Below are positions 49,316 through 62,649 of a stretch of DNA of 64,000 nt, one piece after another. Each line of letters opens with the position of its first letter. Within the stretch, counting starts at the first letter, position 1. A model generated the notes under the pieces. The model ran no database searches. It had not been told where the DNA came from and was given only the letters and a program-made list of their open reading frames with translations. This stretch comes from Antedon mediterranea (lineage: Eukaryota; Animalia; Echinodermata): positions 12,124,948 to 12,188,947 of the forward strand of contig NC_092673.1 of the NCBI RefSeq assembly GCF_964355755.1, written 5' to 3'. The position numbers and the translations under genes were made by a program.

Positions 49316-52300
49316 GTAAGTTTGTATTAAATTGTATGCGTGTGACGTGAGGCACTAGCCGAGTTACTCTGCCTCATTAGGCTTATTATTTATTTGTTCA
49401 TGCAACCAATGAGATAATCAAACTTTTCTTTTCGTTCAGATACCGTGGATTTTGCCCTCAATTTAAGTTTCAAATTGGTAAAACCTTTGGCTGCACAACT
49501 TCCAAGTTGTTAACGAGTGATAATTTAGCTTCTTCAGGAAGGGTTATTCTCTCTGATATAGACCCAGGTGTGTCTGGCAAAGATGAGGATGCTAAAAAAG
49601 AATTATTACAAACAAGATTTGCTAGCTTAGGAAATCAGAAATTAAGAAAGAGAATGGTTCCAGGTTTTACTGGTCAGTATATCTATCATTCTGTATTTAA
49701 TTATTATTTATTTTAACAAATAAAAACAGTAGATAAAGTGTTTAGCCTATGGCTTTCTATTTGAATTTGAACAAAAATATATTATTTTATTTATGAATAG
49801 GAGCTGGGAAAAATTCTTTTTTAAAATACCAAACAAATTTACGTTTATTAAACCGGAATACTTGACTTGGCGAATTCCAAATCGATGTACTCGAAGTGCC
49901 AGTGAAAAAAAAGTGTGTCGTTCCTTTCCCAAAAAACAGAAACAGTTGTATCATTAACCTATTTATATGTCACTAAATCACTTGCGTCTGTTTTTAAAAA
50001 AACATTTGACACCTAAAAATCGATGTATATATTTTATTGTTTCTGTCTTTATGATGTTGTTAGATTAATTAAATTAGTGTTATTTTTATTATGTTTGTTT
50101 TAATTTGTTTTATTATGAAGCCCATTGATTGTCAGCATATTCTGTTTAGGGCCACCCTCTATATGAGGTTAAATAAATAAATAACATTGTTAAGACTAAT
50201 AAGCTTTCTCATGTATGTTATCAGGGTATATTCCAAAAGGGGAGCATTACTACGGATCACGATATGCCAAGACTTGCCTTAATGCAACAGCAGATTTTGA
50301 AAATGGCCGACTCGCATACAGAAACAAAGTTGAACAACTTAAGTTAACGGTAATTAGGCCTATACATTCACTTTCTAAACATATATTATTTCATAACTAA
50401 TATCGATGATGTACAGTGTGGTTGTTTTTGGCGTAATACCTTTTTCAATTTTTTTTTTGGTTTTTTTTTAGAATGCCGGCATCGACCCATTGATACCACA
50501 GACAATAACATTCCGGTATGTTTCACCAAATGAGAAGCAACATTCTACATCACCATACTATATGAGCAACAGTAATCCAGAGAAATGTTTCGTCTCAGGT
50601 ACTAAACAAGCAGAAGTAGAAAGTATTAATTAGTTTTCACATGTGCTTCAACAAATTATTTAGTGTATCTTTTAGTTAAAAAAAACACCCACACACCATT
50701 TAACAAAACAAAAAACGAATGTTTTTGATTTGATTTCTTTTTAGGCCTAATTAATAATGTTGTATGCTACTGTTTTTGAAAAGTTGTTGTATCATCGTGT
50801 TTAATTAGCCTAATTATAACTAAATTAGCCTAGGCCTATAACAAACATCTAATTTGACTAATTGGTCAAACTTGAGCAAACCATTTTGGGCAACAAAAAA
50901 CACTAATTGAAAACAAAAATTATTATTTAACGAATAGATGACGAACTAATTTTAAATATTTATTTGTACAATTTGAGCAAAATATTAAAACTAAAAAGGA
51001 AAACATATAGTATTAGCACGATTATCTATCGAAATTAATTTATCCGAAAATAATAAGAAAAAGAATTAGGCTAGGCCTACAAAATTACAAAAACCGGAAA
51101 TCCATGGTATAAACGTCCCACCAATAATGTTCAATAGCTTAAAACTGTTGTTCACTGCAATATTTTACTCGGGTAAAATCCCAACCCAAATAGGCAACTG
51201 GCATAATACCGATTTCTAAAATAGGTGATAAGAAATAACAAGAACACTTAGGGCTAGTTTTAATCGTTGGAAAAAAGTGTTTGACGTTCTTAATGGAATA
51301 ACTAACCATGCTAAAAACGATACATTTTTAACAATCAGGCTTTCGCACGTAGGCCTACTATTTAAAAAATGAACAACATAATTGAACAATTTTTAAAAAA
51401 TTGGCAGAGTAGTTAGCTAAATGTGTTTATCCCAAGCGTGCTTTTTAGTATAAATAATCATTTTCTTTTACTTAAATTATAAAAATAGGTGTCAATGATA
51501 ATTTCATAATGTACACAATATCATATCAGCGCATGTAAATATAAAGAATTCATTAACGCTTCTCTTTGAGTTCAATTGATACAAGTATCACTATAATACC
51601 TGGCATCGTCACTTTTCAACATTATGGATATAAGCTATGCTAAAATTACCTAGCGTAGCGCACAATCAGGCAGACTCCCTATACATAGTGATTGCTTTTT
51701 ATCCGTTTTTAGGTTACGTATCATTGAAATAGATAAAACAAGATTTATTTTAAATGTTACCCTTGTCAATTAACAGATATAAATAAACCATGTTAGGCTA
51801 AAATAGTGAAACATTTGCTTTGTTCAGAGTCTAGTACAATCAGAAAGTTGAAAACAAATATAAACTTATTGATTAATTTCTTCTGTCTCTTGAGAAAATA
51901 AAATTGATGTGAGTGTTATTCATTCACAATTTTAAAAATGCCAGGCTTATACAATATATCTCTTGCATCGTTCACTAATATTAGACATTTGGCTAAATTT
52001 CTCCATTTAATTCGTATTTAATATTATATATATATATATATGTTTTTGTGAGAAAATAGGTTACACCGGATTTGTACCTACAGCCCGAAACCTGATTGGA
52101 ATGGGCTATCCAATAATAACTCATGAAGCATTGAACCTGTTCTCTGGTGATCTTGAAAAGGCTAAAACTAGAATGGATCATCCAGTAAAGTTGGCTGGAC
52201 TAACACAAGAACGAAAGACATTTCGACGAATATACACACTTGATACCGGTCTTGTACCACAATATACCGGACATATACCTGGTAAAATATTTCAAATCAA

Positions 52301-52746
52301 TAGTCTTTGTTCTAATAATGTCTAGTGATTAATGGACATATTTTACATGTAAATTAAGTTATCATAACAAACGTTACTGTATTAATATAATACTGAGGAG
52401 TAAAATGAAACACGAAAACTTTGTCAAAAGTATCAAACGATGTAACAGGCTACCATATTAGAGCAGTTCAATCTCCAATAAACAACATCGGATTTAGTTA
52501 GAAAAAACTAATGTCCGCATACAAATACATATTTAGACAAAGTAACGGCTGTTTTGATGCGTTTATTATGGCAGGAGGTTCAATTGTATAATGTTGTTCT
52601 CACACAAGGTGATATGTTTTAGGTGGTGTAATGACAATTCTTGATTATTTTTTTCAGGTCAGAAGTTTCGATACGGAACGACATTTGGTCATAGCACACG
52701 TAATGCAAAGAGAATTTCACTTCCCGCACTGGTGGAAATAAAATGA
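49254..52746 (+). CDS. FAM166: FAM166/CIMIP2 ciliary microtubule inner protein, whole spliced CDS (6 exons, 285 aa)
   Basis: MSSQKKCKSILMTPDPYHIPGYRGFCPQFKFQIGKTFGCTTSKLL resembles the FAM166A N-terminus; four PG(Y/F)xGxxP-type repeats; SPYYMSNSNPEKCFVSGYTGFVP; FRYGTTFGHST. Exon lengths sum to 858 nt in frame. Confidence 0.92.
49440..49672 (+). CDS. FAM166: FAM166 exon 2
   Basis: ttcag| YRGFCPQFKFQIGKTFG...MVPGFT |gtcagt. Confidence 0.9.
50225..50349 (+). CDS. FAM166: FAM166 exon 3
   Basis: atcag| YIPKGEHYYGSRYAKTC... |gtaatt. Confidence 0.9.
50472..50598 (+). CDS. FAM166: FAM166 exon 4
   Basis: ttttag| NAGIDPL...SPYYMSNSNPEKCFVS |gtacta. Confidence 0.88.
52060..52281 (+). CDS. FAM166: FAM166 exon 5
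   Basis: YTGFVPTARNLIGMGYPIITHEAL...GLVPQYTGHIP |gtaaaa. Confidence 0.9.
52658..52746 (+). CDS. FAM166: FAM166 exon 6 (terminal)
   Basis: tttcag| QKFRYGTTFGHSTRNAKR...TGA; AATAAA signals near 52839 and 52865. Confidence 0.9.
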
Positions 52747-53379
52747 TTTTGTTCGCACTTAGGCAGCCAATCTATACATTAAATTTTTATTACACTTTTG
52801 TAGAAATATGTAGGAACTGTTTATTAAAAGTATGTTAAAATAAATTTGTTAAAGTATTAGGATAAATAAATATTGAAACATTTAAGGACATGGTTTGTAA
52901 ATAAGTTTTTGTCATTTAGAATGTTTATTCTAAATCTTTATTCTACTTTTCCAAAATTGGACCAAATGACTTTTTCCTAAATAAGTCAAAGAGAACGAAA
53001 AACTTCCATTCTTATATATTATTATGCAGTCTGTAACTATTTAACCAGACAAAATAAACACATGAGAACAATAGCACAATAGAAAAAAGTATATGGGGAA
53101 ATAACCAGGCTAGATCTTTAAGAAAAATCCTATATTATATTAATTTGAAAGACTGGATTGATTCCGGTTTTATAAAAAAAAAAGATGTTTTTGAGATTCG
53201 GATACGTTATAAAAAAAATTGATAAGTTGGCCCTCTCGCTTGCTTTTTTGCTTAGCTTTGTTTTTTTATAGGTCTACTGTAAAATAATTTTAGATATAAA
53301 TGTTATAATGTAGGATGTTTAAATACGTATTGCAAAAATGTTCAGATATGAACATATAAAATGAAAGAAAAAAAAATAT

Positions 53380-53586
53380 GAAGACAAGTCTATGCTTGCC
53401 TAGCTAGGCTAATTTTTGTAGGCCTAGCTGGTCAAAAAACGATACGGAAACCCGGCATTTTTTTTAAATTATTAGAATTTAAAGACGAAAACAGTTATCG
53501 CAATATAGGAACATATAGTATTTATTTTTACATTAAATGTAGTATGTAACCTTAAATTAGATCTAAAAAACGTAGGGAATGGGACT
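53380..53586 (-). mobile_element. Kolobok-like element fragment
   Basis: TTAGATCTAAAAAACGTAGGGAATGGGACT|TTAA, matching 47380-47493. Confidence 0.6.
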
Positions 53587-54454
53587 TTAATAAGACAATT
53601 ATGATTACAGTATAATGTGTAATGTCAAAAGATAATGTTGATAATTTTCGTCCCCCTTTGAGCCTGAATAAAGCTGGGAAAAAAACATCTTCGTTATACA
53701 ATTACAATTTTGTGCTTATATTACAGTATGTTGACCTTTGACCTAAAGTGTAGTGAAGTTAATTGATATTTGACAAGAGGTATGACAATATGAGATTATT
53801 ATGGGAAAATATTGTAAAATATGAAGATTAAATTTTTAACAATAAAACAATAGTTGATATAATAGAGAATAGTTTTGGCATAATTTCCAGCTAGCTGAAG
53901 GGGTCATATAGAAGGCGGATGCAACTTAACCCTATGCTAAAACATTAATTTAAACTTTTAAAAACTCTTACGACCCTCCGTTCAGAAGTTTCAATTAAAT
54001 TAACAGTTGGCAGGAAATCCCATGATAATTTGTTAAACATATGTTCACTTGTACACTTTGCTTTGGTCACTTCTACCTCTAGTATAGTAAACAAACATGA
54101 TTTCAAAGTTGGTATGAAAAATGTAATTGTATAGTTTCTATATATTAAAATATGTGAATATAAGGCCTATATTTGTTTATTGATAACCCTTTAATAACAA
54201 CTATAAATAAGGGGACCAATAAAGTGTCCCCTGAATAATGCTAAACTTCCCCGCATTCGTATCATGAAGAAATTCTTCCTGAATGACCAGTGTCCCAGAG
54301 CAGGGCTTTTACTGTATAAAAGATAAATGACAGAAATTATGTTCGATCTAAGAATTTTAAAACTGAATTTAATTGGAAATTTATAAATTTAAGAATAGAC
54401 TCAGAATCGAGTTCACTGCAACGACAGGGATTCACAAATCCTTTATTATTAGAC

Positions 54455-54482
54455 TATTATTATTATTATTATTATTATTATT
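54455..54482. repeat. (ATT)n microsatellite
   Basis: Read directly. Confidence 0.85.
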
Positions 54483-54970
54483 TCAAAGGAGAATATAACT
54501 TTTCTGGATAATGAAACTTAAACATTAAACGCAAATTATCATGTTGTTGTGAACATTATTTCAGCGAAATTTGTTTTAAGCTTGTGTTAATTTACATTCG
54601 GGTGGCTTTCGATTCGGTTCGTTTCACATTACTCACAATCCATGCCAATAAACGGCATTTTGCCTCTAGGTACACAATTCTATGGTTGAAGTAGTCACTC
54701 TATATTTACGAGGACAGGCCTACGGGAAATATGGCTTCCACTAAGGATATAAACCGTAACATCTTCAGGCTAAAAGTACTTGCTATGAACACATATTGAA
54801 CGTTTTACAAAACAAACTTTGTGATGACAAATAAGTTAATGATTTCGATGCATTACTTCCAGTTCATAATGTTTGATCATTTTCAGTAATATGGTTGCAG
54901 TTAGAACATCGTTTGACAGAGCCGTATTTTCCTTTGATTTTGTTATTTGATTACCACCACAGACAGTATC

Positions 54971-55148
54971 ATGATGTCAGATAGATTTTCGATGTCAAAA
55001 AGCTTCTCTGTTTCTCATTTGCTTAATCTCGAAAAAGTAAATTTTGGAGACGGTGGTGCACTATTAAGTACATGTGAGCCGATTGCTAAAGACGTTCAGG
55101 CAATGAGACATGCAATATCTTCTCCGGCGGGATATCAATACCACAAAG
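54971..55148 (+). CDS. PRRX: Probable first coding exon of a Prrx-type paired-like homeobox gene (homeobox not in window)
   Basis: MMSDRFSMSKSFSVSHLLNLEK carries an eh1 motif nearly identical to PRRX1/2 KNFSVSHLLDLEE; donor AAAG|gtaacc; CCAAT near 54644 and TATAAA near 54748 upstream. Confidence 0.6.
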
Positions 55149-55669
55149 GTAACCCATTATCTTACTAACATTATGAAGGCGACTGAGTCGTTATCCTAAT
55201 AATACAATAATTATAACTATCTATAACAATTTTGTGTTGTGCAATCCATCATTAATAAGATTTAGGTATTCATCCATGAGCATTAATTAAGGCTTATTTC
55301 ATAGTAGGCTTACAATAAAAAGCTAGAATAGTATTTATATCAACTATTCCGAGTAGTAATCATGTTATATTAACAGAGTTTCGACACCTTAAAATAAGTC
55401 ATGACATTATTCAAATAATTGTTATATCAACTTAGCATGATATTGTCAAATCGAATATTTAAAAATGAATAATAGGATATTGTGACAACATAAACTTTTA
55501 ACTGGTTTTGTCAACGTTAAAATGTGCTAGTTTCCGGAGAAAGAAGGCCTATAACCTGTGATTAGAATTAGTAAGATTCGCTTGTGTTAGTTTATTGTCT
55601 ATAATTTTTACTAGATATTGATACTTATTTACTTTTCATTATTTATTTTTATTATATATATATATATAT

Positions 55670-56420
55670 ACAGGTACAACAAGTTAATAATGGTTCACAA
55701 TTACATAATATCAAGCAGCACAAATTCTACTGACTTATTAACAGTAAAAAGAAAGAGAAAAAAATATTTCAGTCCTATGTGACATAGCTTTAATTAAAAA
55801 TGATTTACTTTTATTGTCAAAAATGAAGTAAATTGATTTATCTTGATAAAAGTTATATATGTCGTCTAGTAATAAGTGATGCTTAAATTCTGTTGAACTA
55901 TTAATAAAAATGTCCCAATAATATTCATTAATTGTAAATAAGTCACTTTTCAATTTATTAAAACAAGTATTTTGTAGGCCTATGTAGGATAAATTTACAC
56001 AATCAAACAAGAAATGATCAATTGTTTCTATTGAATTACTTTTACAAATGAGACAATGGCCTGAGTAGGAATCTGACCATAATCGATTTCTGCCTTCTAA
56101 ATCTAAGTTATTGGGTCTTGCTTTGAATTATAGGTTCGCTCCTTTAAAATATTCTATCTAAAAGGTAATATTCCATGGTGTATTTTTATATTTAACGTAG
56201 TCATTTAATGTTGTTTTTGTTTTTGCCTATTCCAGGGAAGAGTTAAATACTCTTCCCTGCCTATTTAAACCAATCTTGGTTGTTACATTCAGCAATATTT
56301 TTCTTAAAAGATTTTACCAATAACCTTGAGGTTCAATATTGAATTTGTCATTTAAGTTACATTTTTATAATATTAATTTAACATTTTCAATCCATTTCCA
56401 TCTTGTTGAAAATCTAACCT
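55670..56420 (-). pseudogene. Degenerate 3' end of a non-LTR retrotransposon with C-terminal CCHC finger (RTEX-like or similar)
   Basis: Minus frame reads KGANL*FKARPNNLDLEGRNRLWSDSYSGHCLICKSNSIETIDHFLFDC; (TA)n and A-rich tail near 55640-55670. Confidence 0.65.
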
Positions 56421-56693
56421 CCATAATTTGATTTGATTTGATCACTTTATTTCAGAATAAATATTCCATATATACTATATATACAACAAATAATACAAAA
56501 CCGGAAAAATCAAATAAAATAGGAGTTTTACCCACTTAGTGTAGAGATTTGAATATCGGAATAAATAGTTCGTGGTACACCTAACCAGATCGTTTTTACT
56601 ATTCACAATTCTTAATCTAAAACTGTTATATATTGTGCTCTGGAATGAATGATAACACTAAGTATTTCACTAAGAAATCAGACCATGTGCTAA

Positions 56694-57205
56694 TGTTCAG
56701 CCATCTTGTAGAACTCCTTTATTAGTCTCCAATCCAGTCGTAAAATTGCTAATATGAATATATTACATTACTTCCTTCTTTTAAAATTGAGTCAAGTGAT
56801 ACAGGTATTGGTTTTGTAAAATACAGTATTAATTACAGTATGGCTATCTAACATAACATTCTAAAACTAAGTAACAGTAAACATAATGCATATAACAAAA
56901 ACAAGATCTTCTAGATTTAAATTAACTATATAATGATTACATCTTATTTCCCTTTTCCTTTCTCTCTCTTTACATCAGATGTGGTATCCAACATCATGTG
57001 ATTAGGATGTATTATTTTAACCAATCGTCCTATTTTAACTTCATACTTTCTTAGACCTAATACCTTTATTACTATGCCATTTAGCCATTTGTCTTGTCCT
57101 TTACCTTGTGTTCTCATGTTTTTCACTTTTACTTTGTCTGACACTGAAAAGATTCTTTCTGATTGTGTTTTAGGATCTTTATGTAGTTTTTGGCTATATT
57201 AATTA
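56694..57205 (-). mobile_element. Gypsy LTR-retrotransposon 3' remnant (integrase tail, PPT, very short LTR) interrupting the host LINE
   Basis: KVKVKNMR..KWLNGIVIKVLGLRKYEVKIGRLVKIIHPNHM resembles the Gypsy integrase C-terminus; minus-strand PPT AAAAGAAGGAAG (56771-56782), then TGTAAT...AATAAA...GAACA (56767-56694). Confidence 0.6.
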
Positions 57206-58792
57206 CATTCTATTCGTTCTGTTCTGTTGTAGCACACCTCCAAAGATTTAATAATCTTAACAGTGTGGTTAGACCATAACATACAACAGTACAGATTAGT
57301 ACAGAACGACCTGAACAGATTAGGCCTACTATACATCTACTACAACGTCTACAAAGAGTGTTACCTCGAATGCAAAGAGTTCGATATTGGCGATTAATGT
57401 CATTAGAATCATCTAAATTATTACGTAAAATATGACCTAGGTAAGTCACTTCATTGACGTAAGATAATATATCATTATTTAGCATAATATTTGATACCAC
57501 TTCACCATATTTCTTCTTTGGAGAAAAAACCATACAGACAGATTTTTTTGCGTTATAAATAACATCATGTTCTAAACCATACTGCTCACATATTTTAACC
57601 ATATTTGTTAACCCATAAAAAGATGGAGCCATAATAGTCATGTCATCAGCATAACTTAAATTATTTAGGACAGTATTTGAGGTTCTACACCCGTACCCAC
57701 ATCTACTAAGTGCTACATTCAGATCATCAATGTAAACATTATACAGTAACGGAGACATGATTCCGCCCTGTCGCACTCCGTTTCTTGCATAGAGGGAGGG
57801 AGATGGATCTTCCCCATTTAATACAAAACTGTTGCTGTGAGTACCAACACGATAACAATTTAGTCTAGTGATTTACTCTGTCATTATGCCTTAGAGGCGT
57901 CAAGAAAGCAAGCATATACAGGGCTATTTTGCCGAGTATAAAATTCAACAACTTGTTTTAAGACAAATATACATGTATCTGTGGAGTGACCCCCGATTTA
58001 AACGCAAACTGATGGTCAGATGACTTAAGGCTATCTCCGGACAATTGAAGATTCTAATACCTTAGAAACCACAATAGCTAAAGCTATAGGCCTATAATTG
58101 CTTTTACTCGTAATATCACCTGATTTAGATTTTAAAATCGGGACAATTACAACTTTACGTAACTCAGCAGACACATGACCATGACGAATCATTAAATTAA
58201 AACATAAGGACAGCAGAACTGTTACTAGCGTACTTTAAGTGTTCGGAGCTCAACATATCATTTCCCGGGGATTTACCACTAGATAAATCTTTAATAATGC
58301 CCGCTACCTGTTGGACATTTACCTCACAACCACAATCATCATTACAATTAACAAGTATACTCTGAACATAATCCTTATTATTATCATTATGAACACAATT
58401 AAACAGCTCCTCATAATGAGCGGCCCAGTGATTACATATATCATTTTCACCATTAACAGTATCCAAAGATTCTGTAAGAACAGGAGTACATGATTTAGAC
58501 TTATAAACCTTTTTCCAGAAATCAGCATAATCATTTTTTGATAAAGACTGAGCCATAGAATCAGCCCTATGCTGTTCTTCTTCTGATTTACACTTTAAAT
58601 TGTGATCTTGTCACACGCATCGCCTCAAATAATGAACCAGATTTAGGCTTACCATTATTACCCCATAGAAGGAATGCTTCTCCGGCCACATTATGGTATT
58701 CTGCGACATTTTCATTCCACCCAGGAATATGGGTCACATTTTTTATTTTCTTATTTTTAAAACACATTTTTGAGGCACTAGATAAGGCACGC

Positions 58793-60253
58793 ATGCATGG
58801 AGTTGGACTAGTTATTGCAAAGAATCTATTACCATTGTTAATTAGAGTGTTCAGAGTGAACGAGAGAATCGTCGTAGCTGTCTTCAAAGGCAACCCAAAA
58901 ACCTACGTCATAAGCTGCTACTCGCCTCATAACATCAAACCTCTTGACGACATCACTCGATTCTACGAGAACCTGAGTAACACTGTTTCCAACATCCCTT
59001 CACATGCTATGCTGTTAATTGGAGGTGATTTCAATGCTCAAGTCAGTGGAAGGTTCTCGTTACACAACTTCAATAACAGAAATGGAACACATCTCCGTGA
59101 TTTTGCTCTACATCAAAATTTGATTATCGGAAATACACAATTCCAGAAACCCAAGCACAAACTGTGGACTTGGAAGCACCCTGCCGGGCATCTCTCTCAA
59201 ATTGATTTCTGCCTTTTCCGGAAAAGATGGAGAAACAGCATTCACAACTACCAGGCCTACTCCTCATCAGTCACAGTCGGTGGTGACCATAGGATGGTCA
59301 CAACTTCCATCAGGCTCTGTCTCATGGCACCGACGCTGGTTAGAAGAAAGCGCCTGTACTGGAAAGCTCTTTCCTATGATACTACTCTTGCAACCAAAGT
59401 TGACGCAAACATCACAACCCTATTCGAATCTCTCCCTGTTGAAGAACAGACTTATACATCATTTGTAAATACATGTAATAATGTCGGCAACAAAATATTA
59501 CCGAAACCACCAGCAAAGCCATCGCCTACCGTTGATAGTGCTCCTGTTGTTAGCGCACGGAGAGAAACGTTAAGAGCAAGTACAAGAGAACAGTCAAAAT
59601 ACCAGAAGAAATTAAGAGAAACGTTTGATAGAGTCGAAGAGGACAGATTAAATAATTTACTGTTTTCCTTCGACCAACCAGCATCGGCCAACAGCTTAAG
59701 ATCTGCATGGCAACTTGTCAAACAACTCTCTGCAAAGAGATCTCAAAGTGTCTGCATCATGGGAGAGGATCGTCTTCTAGCATGGAAAACTCACTTCCAC
59801 AAACTACTATCGGTGGAGACTTCAGTGGTAGATGACATGGATATCGACAAAATCTTCAACTTCAACCACCAGATAAGCTCCGAGAAGTTCTCAGAGGCTG
59901 AGGTGTCAATTGCCTGCAAACAGATGAAATCTGGCAAAGCACCTGGTCTTGACGGTCTTCCCATCGCAATATGGAAATTACCTGGCACCCAGAAAGCTCT
60001 CACTTCTTTCTGCAATCAAAGTCTAGACGGAAACAGGCCATCAGAATGGGGAATTTCTGGGATCGTTCCTATCCCGAAAAAAGGTGATCTTTCAAAACCA
60101 GATAACTACAGGGGTATTTCATTATCACAATCGGCTGCAAAGATCTACAATCGCCTGATTTTAAATGGGATACGTCCTGTGATTAATGAAGTTCTACAAC
60201 CCAACCAGAATGGCCTTCGTCAGGCACGATCAACAACTACGCACATTCTATAA
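58793..60253 (+). pseudogene. RTE ORF, APE to start of RT (interrupted at 60250)
   Basis: 486-aa open frame ending at the insertion junction STTTHIL. Confidence 0.85.
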
Positions 60254-60424
60254 CAAAATATAAGAAAATTAATGAAAAAAGGAGTAATACAGAATTCATA
60301 TATGTAAAAATGTTACTTATGAACTGTAACGACATTTACAAGTTAAATAATACGATTTTATGTAATATGAGATAATATGAATGTGAATAAAAGTGGTGTT
60401 TGCGCCACAAAAGAGAAAAAAAAA
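60250..60424 (+). mobile_element. 175-bp polyadenylated retro-insertion inside the RTE
   Basis: 15-bp TSD AACTACGCACATTCT (60235-60249, 60425-60439); AATAAA at 60386; A-tail. Confidence 0.88.
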
Positions 60425-61549
60425 AACTACGCACATTCTTGCACTGAGGAGAATTGTTGAAGAGGTTAAGAACCATCACAAAGAGGCAGTCATTATCTTT
60501 ATTGACTTTCGCAAAGCCTTCGACTCCATCAATCGCAACATCATGATGAAGATCCTCTTAGCATACGGCATCCTTCATAAAATTGTAGAAGCCATCAGAG
60601 TAATGTATATCAATACATCAGCAGTTGTCCTGACTCCAGATGGTGAGACTGATTGCTTCAACGTCGACTCTGGCGTACTTCAAGGAGACCCTCTTGCTCC
60701 ATTCTTGTTTATTGTCTGCCTTGACTATGCAATGCGATCAGCAACTACATCATCAGACGGTCTCACCCTACATCGTAGGCGTAGTAGAAGACATCCAGCC
60801 GAAGTACTACCAGACCTGGACTTTGCCGATGACATCGCCATTCTTGAAGAAGCCATACATGCTGCCGAAAATCTTCTGCACAGAATTCAACAAGCCACAC
60901 AAGCTATAGGTTTATACTTAAACATCAAGAAGACCCAATTCATACATTGAAACCCCTCAACACCTTCTATAATTCTCACACTGGATGGATCAGCAATAGA
61001 ACAAGTAGAGGATTTCAAATACCTCGGAAGCTACTGTTCATCCACTAACCATGATGTCGAAGCAAGACTTGGTCAAGCATGGGGTGCGCTGAACAGTCTT
61101 TCAAAAATATGGGCATCTCCTATCAACAAGTCCACAAAAATCCGCCAACAGTTGAAGCCATTCTTCTTTACGGCTGTGAGACATGGAGTCTTACTTCATC
61201 GCTCTCAAAATCACTGGATGGAGCATACACCCGCATGCTGAGGAAAGTCCAAAACATCCCATGGTCCTCACACACCACCAACAAGACACTATATGCCAAC
61301 CTTCCCCGTCTTACGACCATCATTCAAAGACGTCGCATGGGTCTGGCTGGTCATGCTATGAGAAGCTCTGAGCCAGCCTCAAGAGTACTCCTTTGGGAAC
61401 CAGAAGAGAAAAGGAAAGTGGGAAGACCCCAACTGACTTGGCTCGACATTCTGTTGAAAGATACCAAACTAGGCCTGAGTGAACTGAGGAAGAGCATGCT
61501 TGATAGAGATGTGTGGAGACAAATTATCATGGCACCTACTAAGAATTAA
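60425..61549 (+). pseudogene. RTE ORF, RT to C-terminus (in-frame stop at 60948, frameshift near 61140)
   Basis: Resumes at TTHILALRRIVEE after the insertion. Confidence 0.85.
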
Positions 61550-62649
61550 GTCGTCGTGGGATGACATTAAGTAAGTAAAGTAAGTAAGTAGATAAGGCAC
61601 AAACAATATCATTATACAAATCATCTATACCTTTCCTATGCGAGCACCCATTACATCCGGTGCATGATATTATTAAGCGGGAGTCAACATATATGTTTTA
61701 ACAACATTTCTGTAAGGTTACAATAATTACATAATTCTGGTTCTTTAACATTACTACAATCAACTTTAGCAAACAGTGAATCTACATTATTATTAGTATA
61801 CTATTTATCATGCCCAATCTTATAACTATTGACATTAAACTCATACTTAAAACTTAACGGAAAGTGATCAGAACTAAATGAATCATAAATAACATTGACT
61901 TCAGATATGCACGTATCAGTGCCATGAGATGAAATGACATGGTCAATCCAACTCGTTGTACCATGGGCGTCACTAAGAAAGGTAAAACTATTATCATGAA
62001 GTATGATATTCAGATAAAATCATATCATTTTCACTACAGAAATCTGCCAACTCTTTCCCGAAATTTTTCCTATGATCGGCATTAAAATCACCACATACTA
62101 TATTTTTATAATAATTATACTCAAAAATATTTTTAATTCTACTTAAATATTCCATAAATTCAAATAAAGAATCGTCATCTTTTTCATACGGCATATAAAT
62201 ATTAATCATCAAGGTACTTTCCCTATCGTCTATCAATTCTATACCACACAATCTGGGGTCATTAAAATTGTTGAATGTAATAAAATTACTAAAACATTTC
62301 CTAAATAGCACAGCGACACCTCCAAACGGCCGACCAACAAGTAATTTAGAAGAATCAACCGCGGACACTTCCATCCCATCAAATTCCTCGTGTATAGACT
62401 TAAGTAAACCTAATTCTTCATGTAGAAGCCAATGCACTTGTATAAAAATTATATCAAAATTTTCACACAACTTATTTATTTCACTAAGTTTAAGCGATTT
62501 ACAGTTACTGTATATGAAATACATCGTAAGTGATTGTTCTCATTTCCATTCATTATTGCCATCTGTCTTCCTTATCTCGTAAAACTTTCGAATATAAGCA
62601 CCATCAGGCCACAGCAGAGCATTCATTAACTTAGCTTTTGTATCATGTT

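Larger units (their letters stand above)
58791..61588 (+). mobile_element. 5'-truncated RTE-clade LINE inserted in the host LINE
   Basis: 12-bp TSD TAGATAAGGCAC (58779-58790, 61589-61600); (TAAG)n tail; APE GDFNAQ; RT NYRGISL, DFRKAFDSI, GVLQGDPLAPFLF, FADD, FKYLGS; RTE C-terminus RRMGLAGH..GRP. Confidence 0.92.

Noticed and set aside
55149-55670. Homeobox exon following the eh1 exon
   Set aside because: No homeodomain-like frame (such as RRNRTTF or WFQNRR) found in the non-TE sequence; it presumably lies beyond the window.
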